Shown piece by piece: positions 14,790 through 27,553 of a DNA stretch of 64,000 nt; positions within the stretch are counted from its first letter, which is position 1; each line of letters opens with the position of its first letter. The DNA is taken from NCBI GenBank assembly GCA_965153355.1, contig OZ231126.1, positions 38,812,001 through 38,876,000 of the forward strand, read 5' to 3'. Below the pieces are notes generated by a model. That model was not told the origin of the DNA. It did not search any database and saw only the letters and a program-made list of their open reading frames with translations. The stretch comes from Flaccisagitta enflata (Eukaryota). A program made the translations under genes and the position numbers.

Positions 14790-15363
14790 CAGTAGATGTC
14801 GTCTAGACTTGGAAATACGGGGGAATTCATTACAGGAAGACAAATTTACTTAAGAGACTGATATTTGGAATAGAGACTAATAAAAAGATACTTTGTTGCC
14901 CATGGGTGTTGGTTGCTATGGAAACACATTTTCATGTATTCACGCTAATGTATCAATATTTTGAGAAATCTTTTTAGGGAACATTGTTTGAAATAAAATT
15001 TGCCACAACTTTCCCACAGTATGTTCTGTAAGAATATTGCTCGTTTAGCCGTTGCTAGGGAGCGTAACTATGTGTGACAGCCCTGTGATGCTCCCTAGCA
15101 ACCGCCAAACCAGCGATATTCTTACAGAACATACTGTGGGAAAGTTGTCGCAAATTTTATTTTAAACAATGTTCCTTCAAAAAATTTCTCAAAAAATTGA
15201 TACTTTAGCGTAAATACATAGAAATGTGTTTCCATGGCAACCAACACCCATGGGCAATAAAACATCCTTTTATTAGTTCATATTCCAGATATCACTTTCT
15301 TAACTTTATTTGTCTTCTTGTAATGAATTCCCCCGTATTTCCAAGTCTAGACGACATCTACTG
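14790..15363. mobile_element. Palindromic Tc1/mariner(pogo)-type MITE
   Basis: TA TSD, TIR CAGTAGATGTCGTCTAGACTTGG, and the whole element is an inverted repeat. Second copy at 26044-26605. Confidence 0.85.
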
Positions 15364-15767
15364 TACCCTCCAGGGGCCCTTAAAGGGGCCCAAAATCAGA
15401 CAAATTGCCAAAAATAACCAGAATATCGATTTCTTTGTTGTTATTCCTGCTTTATTGTCATTGGAGGTGTTAATTTGCTGTAAAGATACTGTTACCGTAT
15501 TTCTTGTAATTAGCGCCCCGGGCGCTTTTGAAATTGAAATGAAACATTGCTGTTTTAAACCTGCAATTAGCGCCCCCTATTCAATAATATCTAAAAAATA
15601 TTTTATGAAATTCACACTTTTCTTATAATTGAAATCAGCAAATCACTGTAAAGAGAATATTTTGTTGTATTACATCTCATTCTCATATGGTTTTTGCCAA
15701 AAAAATCTTATTTTCAACAAAATTTCCATGACTTTGTAAGAAAAATCACTCTTATCATTTCATGAAA

Positions 15768-16411
15768 AATATTCGCAAAAGCGTTAGATGGTCAGCGGTA
15801 CCCGTTGCCCCTATGTGAGTGTATGTGGGTTTGAGGTGGTTAGAGGGGCAGCGGCCCTGAAGGGGCAGCGGCCCCGAAGGGGGGGATGACCTATGCTGTT
15901 TTTATTTGAGCCTCAAGGATGGAATTAGGGCTTGGAGGCTGGAATTGGGGCCTTGAGGCTTGGATTAGGGCCTTGAGGCTGGGATTTGAGCTTTGAGGTT
16001 GGGATTTGAGCTTCAAGGCTGAGATTTGAGCTTCAAGGCTGAGATTTGGGCTTTGAGGCTGGGATTTGAGCTTTGAGGTTGGGATTTGAGCTTGGAAGCT
16101 GGTATTTGAGCTTCGAGGCTAGGATTTGAGCTTCAAGGCTGGGATTTGTGCCTTGAGACTGGGATTTGAGCCTAAGGGCTGGGATTTGAGCCTCGAGGCT
16201 GGGATTTTAGCCTGGAGACTGAGATTTGAGCCTCAAGGCTGGGGTTTGAGCTTCAAAGCGGGGATTTGAGCCTCGAAGCTAGGATTTGGGTCTTGAGACT
16301 AGGATTTGGGCCTTGAGGGGGGGGGATGGAGAAGGAGAAGAAGAAGAAGGAGAAATTTCCCCTATGTGTGAAAGCATAGGTCATTGGCCCCTTCGGGGCT
16401 GCTGCCCAAAA
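15768..16411 (+). mobile_element. HINE-like element, family D
   Basis: Same termini, subTIRs and 21-bp core as 2413-3031. Confidence 0.65.
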
Positions 16412-16464
16412 AGGAGGCTGGGATATGAACCTTGAGAGATAGATTTAAGCCTTAAATCATGATT

Positions 16465-17778
16465 TTTTGGGCAGCGGCCCCGAAGGAGTCAATATCCTAT
16501 GCTTTCACACATATGGGGGATTTTCTCTTTCATTTTCTTCTTCGTCTTGAGACCTAAATTCCAGTCTTAAGGCCAAAATCCCAGTCTCGAGGCCCAAATT
16601 CCAGCCTTGAGACCCAAATCCTAGCCTGGAGGCCCAAATCCTAGCCTGGAGGCCCAAATCCTATTGTTTAGGCCCAAATCTCAGCCTTGAGGTCTAAACC
16701 CCAGACAAGAGGCCCAGATCCTATCCTTGAGGCCCAAATCTCAGCCTCGAGGCTAGGATTTGGGCCCTAACAGCTGGGTTTCCTACAATTCTAAGAGAGC
16801 CAGGTGTCTGGGTTAGAAAGCTTACGTTTCTAGGTTTCCTAACCCATTTCACAATAGGGAATCAAGTTTTTTTTATGATATCTCAAAAAGTGCTGTTTCA
16901 ATTCTTCTAATTTCTTGGGTGATTCCATATGGTGGGACGACATGCTGATGCCATAAAAGAGTAGCATCGCTACTCTGCTGTACATAAGTAAAGATGTGAA
17001 AGAAAAATTCCTTTCTACATTTCTTACCTTTCTAGGTTTTCTAAGAAAAGATTTCTTACATTTCTAAGAATTCTAGGTTTTTTAAGATTTACAATATCAG
17101 AAAAAATGGAAATTTTTTCCCTCTTGTACATTTGTTGCTCCTTCTATAGGTGGGTTCACTTTTTAGCTAGAAAAGATTTCAATTTTTACTACAATAGTGA
17201 ACCTTGGCAAATCTAGAATTCTTAGAAACCTAAGCAAAACCTTCTTAGAAAACCTAGTATTGTAAGAAACCTAGGTGGGAATTTTTCTTTCTCTGTTTTC
17301 ACCTACTTAATGCAGAGTGGCGATGCTATTCTTCTATGGCATCAGGATGTCATCCCATTGTTAATAATCACCCAAAAAATTGGGAAAATTGATGTAGCGC
17401 TTTTAAAATGAAAAACACTTATATTCCCATTGTAAAATTAGTTAGAAAACCTAGAAATGTAAGCTTTCTAACTCAGATTCCTACGTTTCTTAGAAACGTA
17501 GGAAACCCAGCTACCTTAGGCTAGGATTTTGGCCTCGAGGCTGGAATTTAGGCCTCCAGACTGGGATTTTGGCCTTGAGACTGGAATTTAGGTCTCGAGA
17601 CTGGGATTTGAGGGGTGGAGGGACTAAGGAGAAAATGAAGGAGGAAATCTCCCATATGTGTGAAAGCATAGGTCATCGACTCCTTCGGGGCCGCTGCCCT
17701 GCTCCCCCTTCAACTTCAAGCACAACCTACTCAGCAGGGCATGGGTACCGCTGACCATCTAACGCTTTTGCGACTATT
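16465..17778 (-). mobile_element. HINE-like element, family D, interrupted by a MITE
   Basis: TTTTTGGGCAGCGGCCCCGAAGG at left and ...CTAACGCTTTTGCGACTATT at right. The minisatellite switches orientation near 16750. Confidence 0.6.
16772..17512. mobile_element. MITE with long imperfect TIRs, superfamily uncertain
   Basis: AGCTGGGTTTCCTAC...GTAGGAAACCCAGCT; the arms pair over about 250 bp; possible AC TSD. Confidence 0.75.
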
Positions 17779-18114
17779 AGCTATTCTTTCTGCTGCTTTG
17801 TTTTAAAAGGTAAATATTTTGAAAATATTCTGTCATCTGGTATTGGGCACAGACAAACATTAGGGGCCCAAAGGCCCCATCAAGGGGGCCCTAATGGCAC
17901 AAAAAGCCAAATTGAAACAGCAGAAAAAACTGACACATCTAATTTTTTCTGAGATTATCTCAATCGCCGTGACAAGGAAGGGGTTTTTGTATAGGGTGTA
18001 TTATCTAGATAGTATTCATTTCCACTAACATTTCAATAATTTTCCTGATGCAAAAACCCCTATAGACTGCCAAATATATGGCTGTCATAAAATCTGTAAT
18101 GTATGAATTCTTGC

Positions 18115-20349
18115 ATCTCGTTAGTGATCGTGTTAGTGATCGTGTTAGTGATCTTGTTAGTGATCGCGTTAGTGATCATGTTAGTGATCTTGTTAGTGAT
18201 CGTGTTAGTGATCATGGTAGTAATCTCGTTAGTGATCGCGTTAGTGATCATGTTAGGGATCACGTTAGTGATCATGTTAGTGATCTCATTAGTGATCATG
18301 TTAGTGATCATGTTAGTGATCTCGTTAGTGATCGCGTTAGTGATCATGTCAGTGATCTCGTTAGTGTTCCAGTTAGTTATCATGTTAGTGATCTCATTAG
18401 TGTTTGAGTTAGTTATCATGTTAGTGATCTCGTTAGTGATCGCGTTAGTGATCATAAAAGTGATCTCGTTAGTGATCGCGTTAGTGATCGTGTTAGTGAT
18501 CTCATTAGTGATCGCATTAGTGATCATGCTGGTGATCACATTAGTGATCATGTTAGTGATCTCGTTAGTGATCGCGTTAGTGATCATGTTAGTGATCTTG
18601 TTAGTGATCGCGTTAGTGATCATGTTAGTGATCTTGTTAGTGATCGCCTTAGTGATCATGTTAGAAATCTTGTTAATGATCGCATTAGTGATCATATTAG
18701 TGATCTCGTTAGTGATCGCATTAGTGATCATGTTAGTGATCTCGTTAGTGATCACGTTAATGATCATGTTAGTGATCTTGTTAGTGATCACGTTAGTGAT
18801 CATGTTAGTCATCTCGTTAGTGTTCGCGTTAGTGATCATGTTAGTGATCTCGTCAGTGTTTGAGTTAGTTATCATGTTAGTGATCTCGTTAGTGTTCGAG
18901 TTAGTTATCATGTTGGTGATCTCGTTAGTGATTGCGTCAGTAATCATAAAAGTGATCTCGTTAGTGATCGCGTTAGTGATCGTGTTAGTGATCATGTTAG
19001 TTATCTAATTGCTGATCATGTTAGTGATCGCGTTAGTGATTGCGTTAGTGATCATTTTAGTGATCATGTTAGTGATATCATTAATGATCGCGTTAGTGAT
19101 CATGTTAGTAATCTCATTAGTGATTGCGTTAGTGATCATGTTAGTGATCTAGCAGTGTTCGAGTTAGTTACCATGTTAGTGATCTCGTTAGTGTTCGAGT
19201 TAGTTATCATGTTGGCGATCTCGTTAGTGACTGCGTCAGTGATCATAAAAGTGATCTCGTTAGTGATGGCGTTAGTGATTGTGTTAGTGATCTCATTAGT
19301 TATCGGGTTAGTGATCATGTTAGTGATCGCGTTAGTGATCATGTTAGTGATCTTGTTAGTGATTGCGTTAGTGATCATATTAGTGATCTTGTTAGAAATC
19401 GCGTTAGTGATCATATTAGTGATCTTGTTAGTGATCGCGTTAGTGATCATGTTAGTAATCTCGTTAATGATTGCATTAGTGATCATATAAGTGATCTCGT
19501 TAGTGATCGCATAAGTGATCATAATAGTGATCTTGTTAATGATCGCATTAGTGATCATGTTAGTGATCTTGTTAGTAATCGCGTTAGTGATCATGTCAGT
19601 GATCTCAATAATGATGGCATTAGTGATCATGTTACTGATCTTGTTAGTGATTGCGTTAGTGATCATGTTAGTGATCTCGTTAGTGATCGGATTAGTGATC
19701 ATGTTAGTGATCTCGTTAGTGATTGCGTTAGTGATCATGTTAGTGATCTCCTTAGTGATCGCGTTAGTGATCATGTTAGCGATCTCGTTAGTGATCGCAT
19801 TAGTGATCATGTTAGTGATCTCATTATTGATCGGGTTAGTGATCATGTTAGTGATCTCGTTAGCGATTGCGTTAGTGATCATGTTAGTGATCTCATTAGT
19901 GATCGCATTAGTGATCATGTTAGTGATCTCGTTTGTGATTGCATTAGTGATCATGTTAGTGATCTTGTTAGTGATTGCGTTAGTGATCATGTTAGTGATC
20001 TCCTTAGTGATCGCGTTAGTGATCATGTTAGTGATCTCGTTAGTGATCACATTAGTGATCATGTTAGTGATATCATTATTGATCGCGTTAGTGATCATGT
20101 TAGTGATCTTGTTAGTGATCGGGTTAGTGATCATGTTAGTGATCTCTTAGTGATTGCGCTAGTGATCATGTTAGTGATCTCGTTAGTGATCGCGTTAGTG
20201 ATCATGTTAGTGATCTTGTTAGTGATTGCGTAAGTGATCATGTTAGTGATCTTGTAAGTGATCGCGTTAATGATCATGTTAGTGATCTCATTAGTGATTG
20301 CGTTAGTGATCATGTTAGTGATCTCTTTAGTGATCGTGTTAGTGATTGC
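18115..20349. repeat. 12-bp satellite (GTTAGTGATCAT and variants) with higher-order periodicity
   Basis: About 185 tandem 12-mers whose variable triplets (CAT/CTC/CGC) recur in order. Confidence 0.95.
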
Positions 20350-20869
20350 CAGGGTGTCACAAAGTGCCCGAGCACGCGAGCGGCGCTCGTAGGAAGCTTG
20401 CTAGACTGGTAGGAAGGGAAGGGAGAGGGAGAGAAAAAGAAAAAAGAGGATGAAGAAGAAAAGAGGAAAAGAAGAAAGGAAGAAAGGAGGGAAGAAGGAA
20501 GAAAGGAAGAAAGGAAGGAAGGAAGGAAGGAAGAAAGGAAGGAAGAAAGAAAGGAAAGAAGGAAGGAAGGAAGGAAGGAAGGAAAATAAAGAAGAGGTTA
20601 GAAAAAAAAGGTTTTTTTCCTTATGTTTATAAAGCTCCTGCAATTGTTTTTTTGTTTTCCTCAGTACACTCAGTTTTTTAAAGATTTTCAAAAAAAGCAC
20701 AAGCCTTTGGAAAAAATACAGTGGTAGTTGTTTTACTGATAACTATCACTACCTCTCTTCCTCCATTCCTTCCTTTCTTCTTTCTATCCTTCTCTCCTCC
20801 CTTCTTTTATTTTCTTCCTATTCCTTCCCTCCTCCCTTTCATTCTTCTTTCCTTCCTTCCTTCCTTCCT

Positions 20870-21459
20870 TCCTTTTCCTTCCTTCCTTCCATCATCATTT
20901 TCCCTTCTTCCTTCTATCCTTCCTTTCTGCCCTCTTTTTATTTGTTCTTACCCCTTCCTCCCTTTTTAGTTAAGTGCTATGTGACTGTACAACCCGCTTT
21001 TGTCGGTCCATTGGTCCGTCCACTGGTCCATCGGTCCATCGGTCCGTTACACTTTACTTTTTTGGGGTTTTTGTGGTTTTTGGCCTCACTGCTCTTGCCC
21101 AAATGATCAAGTGACCTGAAACATAGCCCCTGCCCACCCGCACGCCACTGGGGTAGCCATGTATCCGGCCTTGTTGTCCACTTTCCTACCTTCCCTCAAT
21201 TTGTTCCTTCCTACCATTGCTTCCCTCCTTCCTCCCTCCCTTCCTTCCTTCCTTCCTTTCTCCCTTACTTACGGAGGACTAAAAATCCCAAAAATGAAAA
21301 ATATTAAGTAGCTACGTACGTACGTACTTACTGACAGACATATCAACAGAACAAGGTGTAAAGTTGTGTGCAAGTGACTTTAAACGCTACATTATCTATT
21401 CTATGAAGTTCATCATGAAATCGCTAATCTGTGACTCATCAAAACAAGGCCGTATACAC
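20870..21459 (+). repeat. 590-bp direct duplication, copy 1 (copy 2 at 25026-25615)
   Basis: Near-identical from TCCTTTTCCTTCC...ATCATCATTTTCCC to ...CAAGGCC(G/A)TATACAC. Confidence 0.9.
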
Positions 21460-21460
21460 C

Positions 21461-24400
21461 GTTACCTGCACAAGTTGGGCTACGTTGAAAAAAAAAAATT
21501 TAGTAAGGAGGCTAAAAAAAGCCCAATCTTATGTAAAAAAACCTGGGGAATCCAACCGTGACCTTTTTAGAGCCCTACGCGGGGGCGTTTAGAAACGGCC
21601 CAAAAAAAAAACCAAAAAATGGCTATTTTTTGGTATTTTTGGCCAAAATTTTAAACTTAAATGGAGGCCAAGTATGTGAATTCATAGTTGGGTATACTTC
21701 AAGATGTGAGAGACTAGTAAAACAAGAATCATGATGATGGGGCTATTGTGGGGTACCTAAAAAGGCTCAGAAAGGGCCCTTAAAGCGAAAACTTAATAGT
21801 TTTTTTTTCATTGTGGCTACAAAAATGATTGGAATGCCTTCAAATTTGAATTGGGAGTTCCTAATAAATGCAACTACCATCATGCAAAAAATTGTGGCCC
21901 TCCTTAAATGACTTCATAGGAAAATTTGGCCCTAAAAACCAAAAATTGCTCCAAAAAAATTGGGTTTTTGAGTTCATTGACCTAAAAACAACAATTAAAG
22001 GTCAGGGTCCCCCATTTTTTTTTCTCTTTTGCTAATATAAGATGTTTGAGGGTTCCAAAAAAAATTTCAGGTCATATTTCCAAGAACTGACTGAGATATG
22101 ACCATTTGAAGTGACGTGGTAAAATTAAAAAATGGTGAAAATGACTATTTTTAGGGATTCTTAAAAAAAATAAAGTGCAAAAAGGGGTCCCAACAGTTTT
22201 AATTCATGATTGGGGACACTTAAAGATGTGAGAGACTAGGAAAACAAGAATCATAATGATGGGGCTATTGTGGGGTATCTAAAAAGGCCCAAAAAGGGCC
22301 CCTAGAGCGAAAAAAAAAGTTTTTTCTTCATTGTGGCTACAAAAATGATTGGAATGCCTTCAAATTTGAAGTGGAAGTTCCTAATAAATACAACTACCAT
22401 CATGGAAAAAATTGCTCTCCTTAAGGGACGAAAGGTGGCCAATCTGAACTTATTGAGAAAGCTTTATCTGGCCTGAAAGGTGCAATTGATATCCAATGAA
22501 CATCAAAAATCAAGTGACTGACACTGCCAACAGTCTCTATCACCTATTTACAACGCAAACCAAATAAGCAAAATCATGTCCTCAGATCGGTACATATTCT
22601 GACGACCCTGGATCTTAAAAATCTGAACGAATTAGATTTTTGGGGCAAGTAGATGCATACAAAGGACTGGCCGATTCAAAAGGTTCCCTGAAAGCCATTT
22701 TTAGTAGGTAAATCAAATCGAGTCTGATGAGAAGGTAACAAGGAATGGGAAAATCTCAGAAATCAAATCGGGTGGCCTTTCCTTACCCCAGTCTGGTGCC
22801 ACATATAAAATTTCATGACTTTTTGCGGTTAGGAACATATGTAAAAACGTACCGCTAATTTTCAGTTCTTCAACTTGATTTGTACTGATTTGAATTGAGT
22901 AAAATGCATTTTAATTGATTGGGCCTTTGGAACTTGTTGTTCCTGGCCAGTATCTTGGTAACTTGTTGCTAGGAAAACACAACTTTGAATTTCGGTGCTG
23001 CATGCTTCCTAGTGTAGAGTGATGCTATAGCTGTCTCTGTTATGTCATGCTATATCAATAGTGATTTGATTGTGAAAACCTGCGCGCCTAAAAATGTGTG
23101 GCTTGTACATCACATTAATCATAAGAAACCTATTTATTGATTTTTCTCGCATGAGACAACTAGAAGCCCTTAAATGACTTCATAGGAAAATTTGGCTAAA
23201 AAAAAACAAAAATTGCTCCAAAAAAATCGGGTTTTTGAGTTCATTGACCTAAAAACAACATTGAAAGGTCAGGGTACCCCAATTTTTTTTTTCTATTTTA
23301 CTAAATCAACATGTTTGGAAGTTGCAAAAAAAATTTCAGGCAATATTTACTAGAAATGGCCGAGATATGACCATTTGAAGTGACCTGGTAAAACTGAAAA
23401 AAGGCGAAAATAACCATTTTTTGGGATTCTTTGAAAATTTTAAGTACAAAAAGAGGTCCCAATAGTTTTAATTCTTATTTGGGATCACTTAAAGATATAG
23501 GGGACTAGGAAAATAAGGAACATGACAATGGGGCTATTGTGGGGTATCTAAAAAGGCCCAAAAAGGGCCCCTAAAACAAAAAATATATAAATATATAAAT
23601 TTAAAGGCATTCCAATCATTTTTGTAGCCACAGTGAAAAAAAAATATTTATTTTTTGCTTTAGGGGCCCTTTTCGGGCCTTTTTAGGTACCTCACAATAG
23701 ACCCATCATCATGATTCTTGTTTTCCTTGTCTCTTACATCTTGGAGTTTCCCTAACTATGAATTAAAACTATTGGGACCTCTTTTTGTACTTAAATTTTT
23801 CAAAGAATCCCAAAAAATGGCTTTTTCGCCGTTTTTCAGTTTTACCACGTCACTTCAAATGGTCATATCTCAGCCATTTTTCTAAAATATTGCCTGAAAT
23901 TTTTTTTGCAACCTCCAAACATGTTATTTTAGCAAAATAGAAAAAAAATTGGGGTACCCTGACCTTTCAATGTTGTTTTTAGGTCAATGAACTCAAAAAC
24001 CCAATATTTTGGAGCAATTTTTGTTTTTTTAGCCAAATTTCCCTATGAAGTCATTTAAGGAGGGCCACAATTTTTTCCATGATGGTAGTTGTATTTATTA
24101 GGAACTTCCATTTCAAATTTGAAGGCATTCCAATCATTTTTGTAGCCACAATGAAGAAAAAACTTTTTTTTTCGCTTTAGGGGCCCTTTTTGGGCCTTTT
24201 TAGGTACCCCATCATTATGATTCTTGTTTTCCTAGTCTCTCAAATCTTTAAGTGTCCCCAATCATGAATTAAAACTGTTGGGACCCCTTTTTGCACTTAA
24301 TTTTTTCTAAGAATCCCCAAAAATGGTCATTTTCGCCATTTTTTAATTTTACCATGTCACTTCAAATGGTCATATCTCAGTCAGTTCTTGGAAATATGTT

Positions 24401-25025
24401 CTGAAATTTTTTTTGGAACCTCCAAACATCTTATATTAGCAAAAGAGAAAAAAAAATTGGGGGACCCTGACCTTTAAATGTTGTTTTTAGGTCAATGAAC
24501 TCAAAAACCCGATTTTTTTGGAGCGATTTTTGGTTTTTGGGGCCAAATTTTCCTATGAAGTCATTTAAGGAGGGCCACAATTTTTTGCATGATGGTAGTT
24601 GCATTTATTAGGAACTTCCAATTCAAATTTGAAGGCATTCCAATCATTTTTGTAGCCATAATGAAAAAAAAACTATTAAGTTTTCGCTTTAGGGGCCCTT
24701 TTTGAGCCTTTTTAGGTAACCCACAATAGCCCCATCATCATGATTCTTGTTTTACTGGTCTCTCACATCTTGAAATATACCTAACTATGAATTCAAACAC
24801 TTGGCCTCCATTTAAGTACAAAATTTTGGCCAAAAATACCCAAAAATAGCCATTTTTTGGTGTGTTTTTTTGGCCGTTTCTACACGCCCCCGCGTAGGGC
24901 TCTAAAAAGGTCACGATTGGATTCCCCAGGTTTTTTTACACAAGATTGACCTTTTTTTAGCCTCCTTACTTGATTTTTTTTTTGCGACTAGAAATAATGC
25001 AGCTAGCTCAACTTGTGCAGGTAAC
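21461..25025. mobile_element. Foldback element: ~1.4-kb inverted arms built from ~540-bp tandem modules
   Basis: Ends GTTACCTGCACAAGTT/AACTTGTGCAGGTAAC. Module motifs such as GAATGCCTTCAAATTTGAA and GAGTTCATTGACCTAAAAAC recur directly and inverted. Centre about 23590. Confidence 0.85.
22425..23169. mobile_element. TTAA-flanked insertion (Kolobok-like, GGG...CCC termini) in the foldback's left arm
   Basis: TTAA at 22421-22424 and 23170-23173 interrupts the module sequence CTCCTTAAATGACTTC. TIRs are degenerate. Confidence 0.65.
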
Positions 25026-25615
25026 TCCTTTTCCTTCCTTCCTTCCATCATCATTTTCCCTTCTTCCTTCTATCCTTCCTTTCTGCCCTCTTTTTATTTG
25101 TTCTTACCCCTTCCTCCCTTTTTAGTTAAGTGCTATGTGACTGTACAACCCGCTTTTGTCGGTCCATTGGTTCGTCCACTGGTCCATCGGTCCATCGGTC
25201 CGTTACACTTTACTATTTTGGGGTTTTTGTGGTTTTTGGCCTCACTGCTCTTGCCCAAATGATCAAGTGACCTGAAACATAGCCCCTGCCCACCCGCACG
25301 CCACTGGGGTAGCCATGTATCCGGCCTTGTTGTCCACTTTCCTACCTTCCCTCAATTTGTTCCTTCCTACCATTGCTTCCCTCCTTCCTCCCTCCCTTCC
25401 TTCCTTCCTTCCTTTCTCCCTTACTTACGGAGGACTAAAAATCCCAAAAATGAAAAATATTAAGTAGCTACGTACGTACGTACTTACTGACAGACATATC
25501 AACAGAACAAGGTGTAAAGTTGTGTGCAAGTGACTTTAAACGCTACATTATCTATTCTATGAAGTTCATCATGAAATCGCTAATCTGTGACTCATCAAAA
25601 CAAGGCCATATACAC
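25026..25615 (+). repeat. 590-bp direct duplication, copy 2
   Basis: Matches 20870-21459. Confidence 0.9.
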
Positions 25616-25923
25616 GGCTAGCTAATTCGTGTGCGGGTGCACAGTGAAACTCAGACCACTAAAATCAATCTTTTTTGTAACACCGGTAACACCGCGTTAC
25701 CGGTGTCACCGAAATAAATGAATTGAGTGGTAACATTTGTCGGTAACACGGAGTAACGCAGATTCGAAGTACGTTTGTGTTACCGCCGTGTTATGCCCAG
25801 CGCATCTCGCGTTACCATGAAGTAAGGCGTAACAAATTTTGCTTTCGAGTTTCGAACAATACTTCTTCCCACCATGTTTTCCGATGATGTTCAAGGGAAT
25901 GAAGGGAAGAGATTAAAGGCGGG

Positions 25924-26790
25924 CAGGCCTGTATATAATTAAGTTTCCCCCCCCCCCCCGGGGAAAAAAATCAAAAGGTCTGGAGATGGGGAAGGAAATC
26001 AAAGGGGAAAAAAGAGAAAAAAAAGAAATTTGGGGAAAATATACAGTAGATCTCGTCTAGACTTGAGATAACGGGGCAAACATTGTAGGAAAACAAATGA
26101 AGCCAGGGGAGTGATATTTCAAACATAGACTAATAAAGGGATGTTTTATTGCCCATGATAGCTGGTTGCCATGGAAACACATTTCCATGTATTCTCGCTA
26201 AAGTATCAATCTTTTGAGAGATTTTTTTAGGGAACATTGTTTAAAATAAAATTTGCTACAACTTTCCCACAGTATGTTCTGTAAGAATGTCGCTCGTTTG
26301 GCGGTTGCTAAGGGTCGTCACACATGGATACGCTCCCTAGCAACGGTTAAACGAGCGACATTCTTACAGAACATACTGTGGGAAAGTTGTAGCAAATTTT
26401 ATTTTAAGCAATGTTCCCTAAAAAAATCTCTCAAAATATTGATACTTTAGCTAGAATACATGGAAATGTGTTTCCATGGCAACCAGCTATCATGGGGAAT
26501 TAAGCATCCTTTGATTAGTCTATGATCCAAATATTGCTCCCCTGCCTTCATTTGTCTTTCCACAATGCTTGCCCCCGTTATCTCAAGTCTGGATGAGATC
26601 TACTGTAACTCTTGACAGTACAAAATCATAAAATCTAATTAGTAAAACACATTTTAACACTATTTAAACCTTGTGGCTCAATGGGGAAGAAAATGATAGA
26701 TAAAAAAATATGACACAACGCGTCGCAGGGAAGAAAATCAAAGGCAGGGGGGGGGGGAAATCAAAAGCGACTCAATTGTATACACCCCTG
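25924..26790. mobile_element. hAT-like MITE containing a Tc1/mariner-type MITE
   Basis: 8-bp TSD AAGGCGGG and imperfect TIR CAGGCCTGTATATAATT / AATTGTATACACCCCTG. A related copy without the inner MITE lies at about 30898-31206. Confidence 0.8.
26044..26605. mobile_element. Palindromic Tc1/mariner-type MITE (same family as 14790-15363)
   Basis: TA TSD, CAGTAGATCTCGTCTAGACTTG TIR. Confidence 0.85.
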
Positions 26791-26974
26791 AAGGCGGGGG
26801 AAAAAAACCTTCTGTCTTTACAGCTTGTAAGGCACGACAAATGGCCTACAAACTGGGGGATCTTTTTATTTATATCCCCCAGAACGCCATTTTTTTCCTT
26901 ATCTCTGTCGCACCGGAAAGGGTTTCACATTATGATTGGGTTTCACGTGACGATTTCAAATCAGTTCTCCCATA

Positions 26975-27553
26975 CACTCTTTTCTTTATAAGAACCTCAT
27001 TTTTTTTCAAAAGCTTTATGTTCTTATTTTCAAGGCCAAACGAAACCTTCAACATTCTTAAAGCATTCTTAAATTCAAATACTACATAAACTATAAAAAA
27101 AACCTTATGATATACCATTACTCAATTATTCTAAATATATTTCTATCAAATACTGTTAAAATATATGCCAATCATTAAAGTCTGGGGACAGTTTCATGAT
27201 ATTTATTTAAAAGTTATAAAATATCATTTGAAGGTTTTTAATCTAAAGAAAAGAATTTCGCTTAAGGTAATATCTAATCATCATTGATAAAACACATAAA
27301 TTTTAGTATAACTAAGATAATATCTTATAGTTTTTGTATAATTAGCTTGAGAATATCTCTAGCTTTTGTTTAAACAGTATTTGATAGAAATATATTCATC
27401 ATTATTGAATAATAGTATATTTGAGGTTTCCTATAATTTATATATGATTTTAGATTAAGAACGCTCTAAGAACGTTGAAGGCTTCATTTGGCCTCGAAAA
27501 TAAGAACATAAAGCCTCCCAAAAAATATTACATTTTCATAAGAAAAAAAAGTG
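26975..27553. mobile_element. AT-rich palindromic MITE with TA TSD
   Basis: TA-CACT...AGTG-TA; the arms pair (TTTCTATCAAATACTGTT / AACAGTATTTGATAGAAA). Related fragment at about 28770-29230. Confidence 0.7.
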
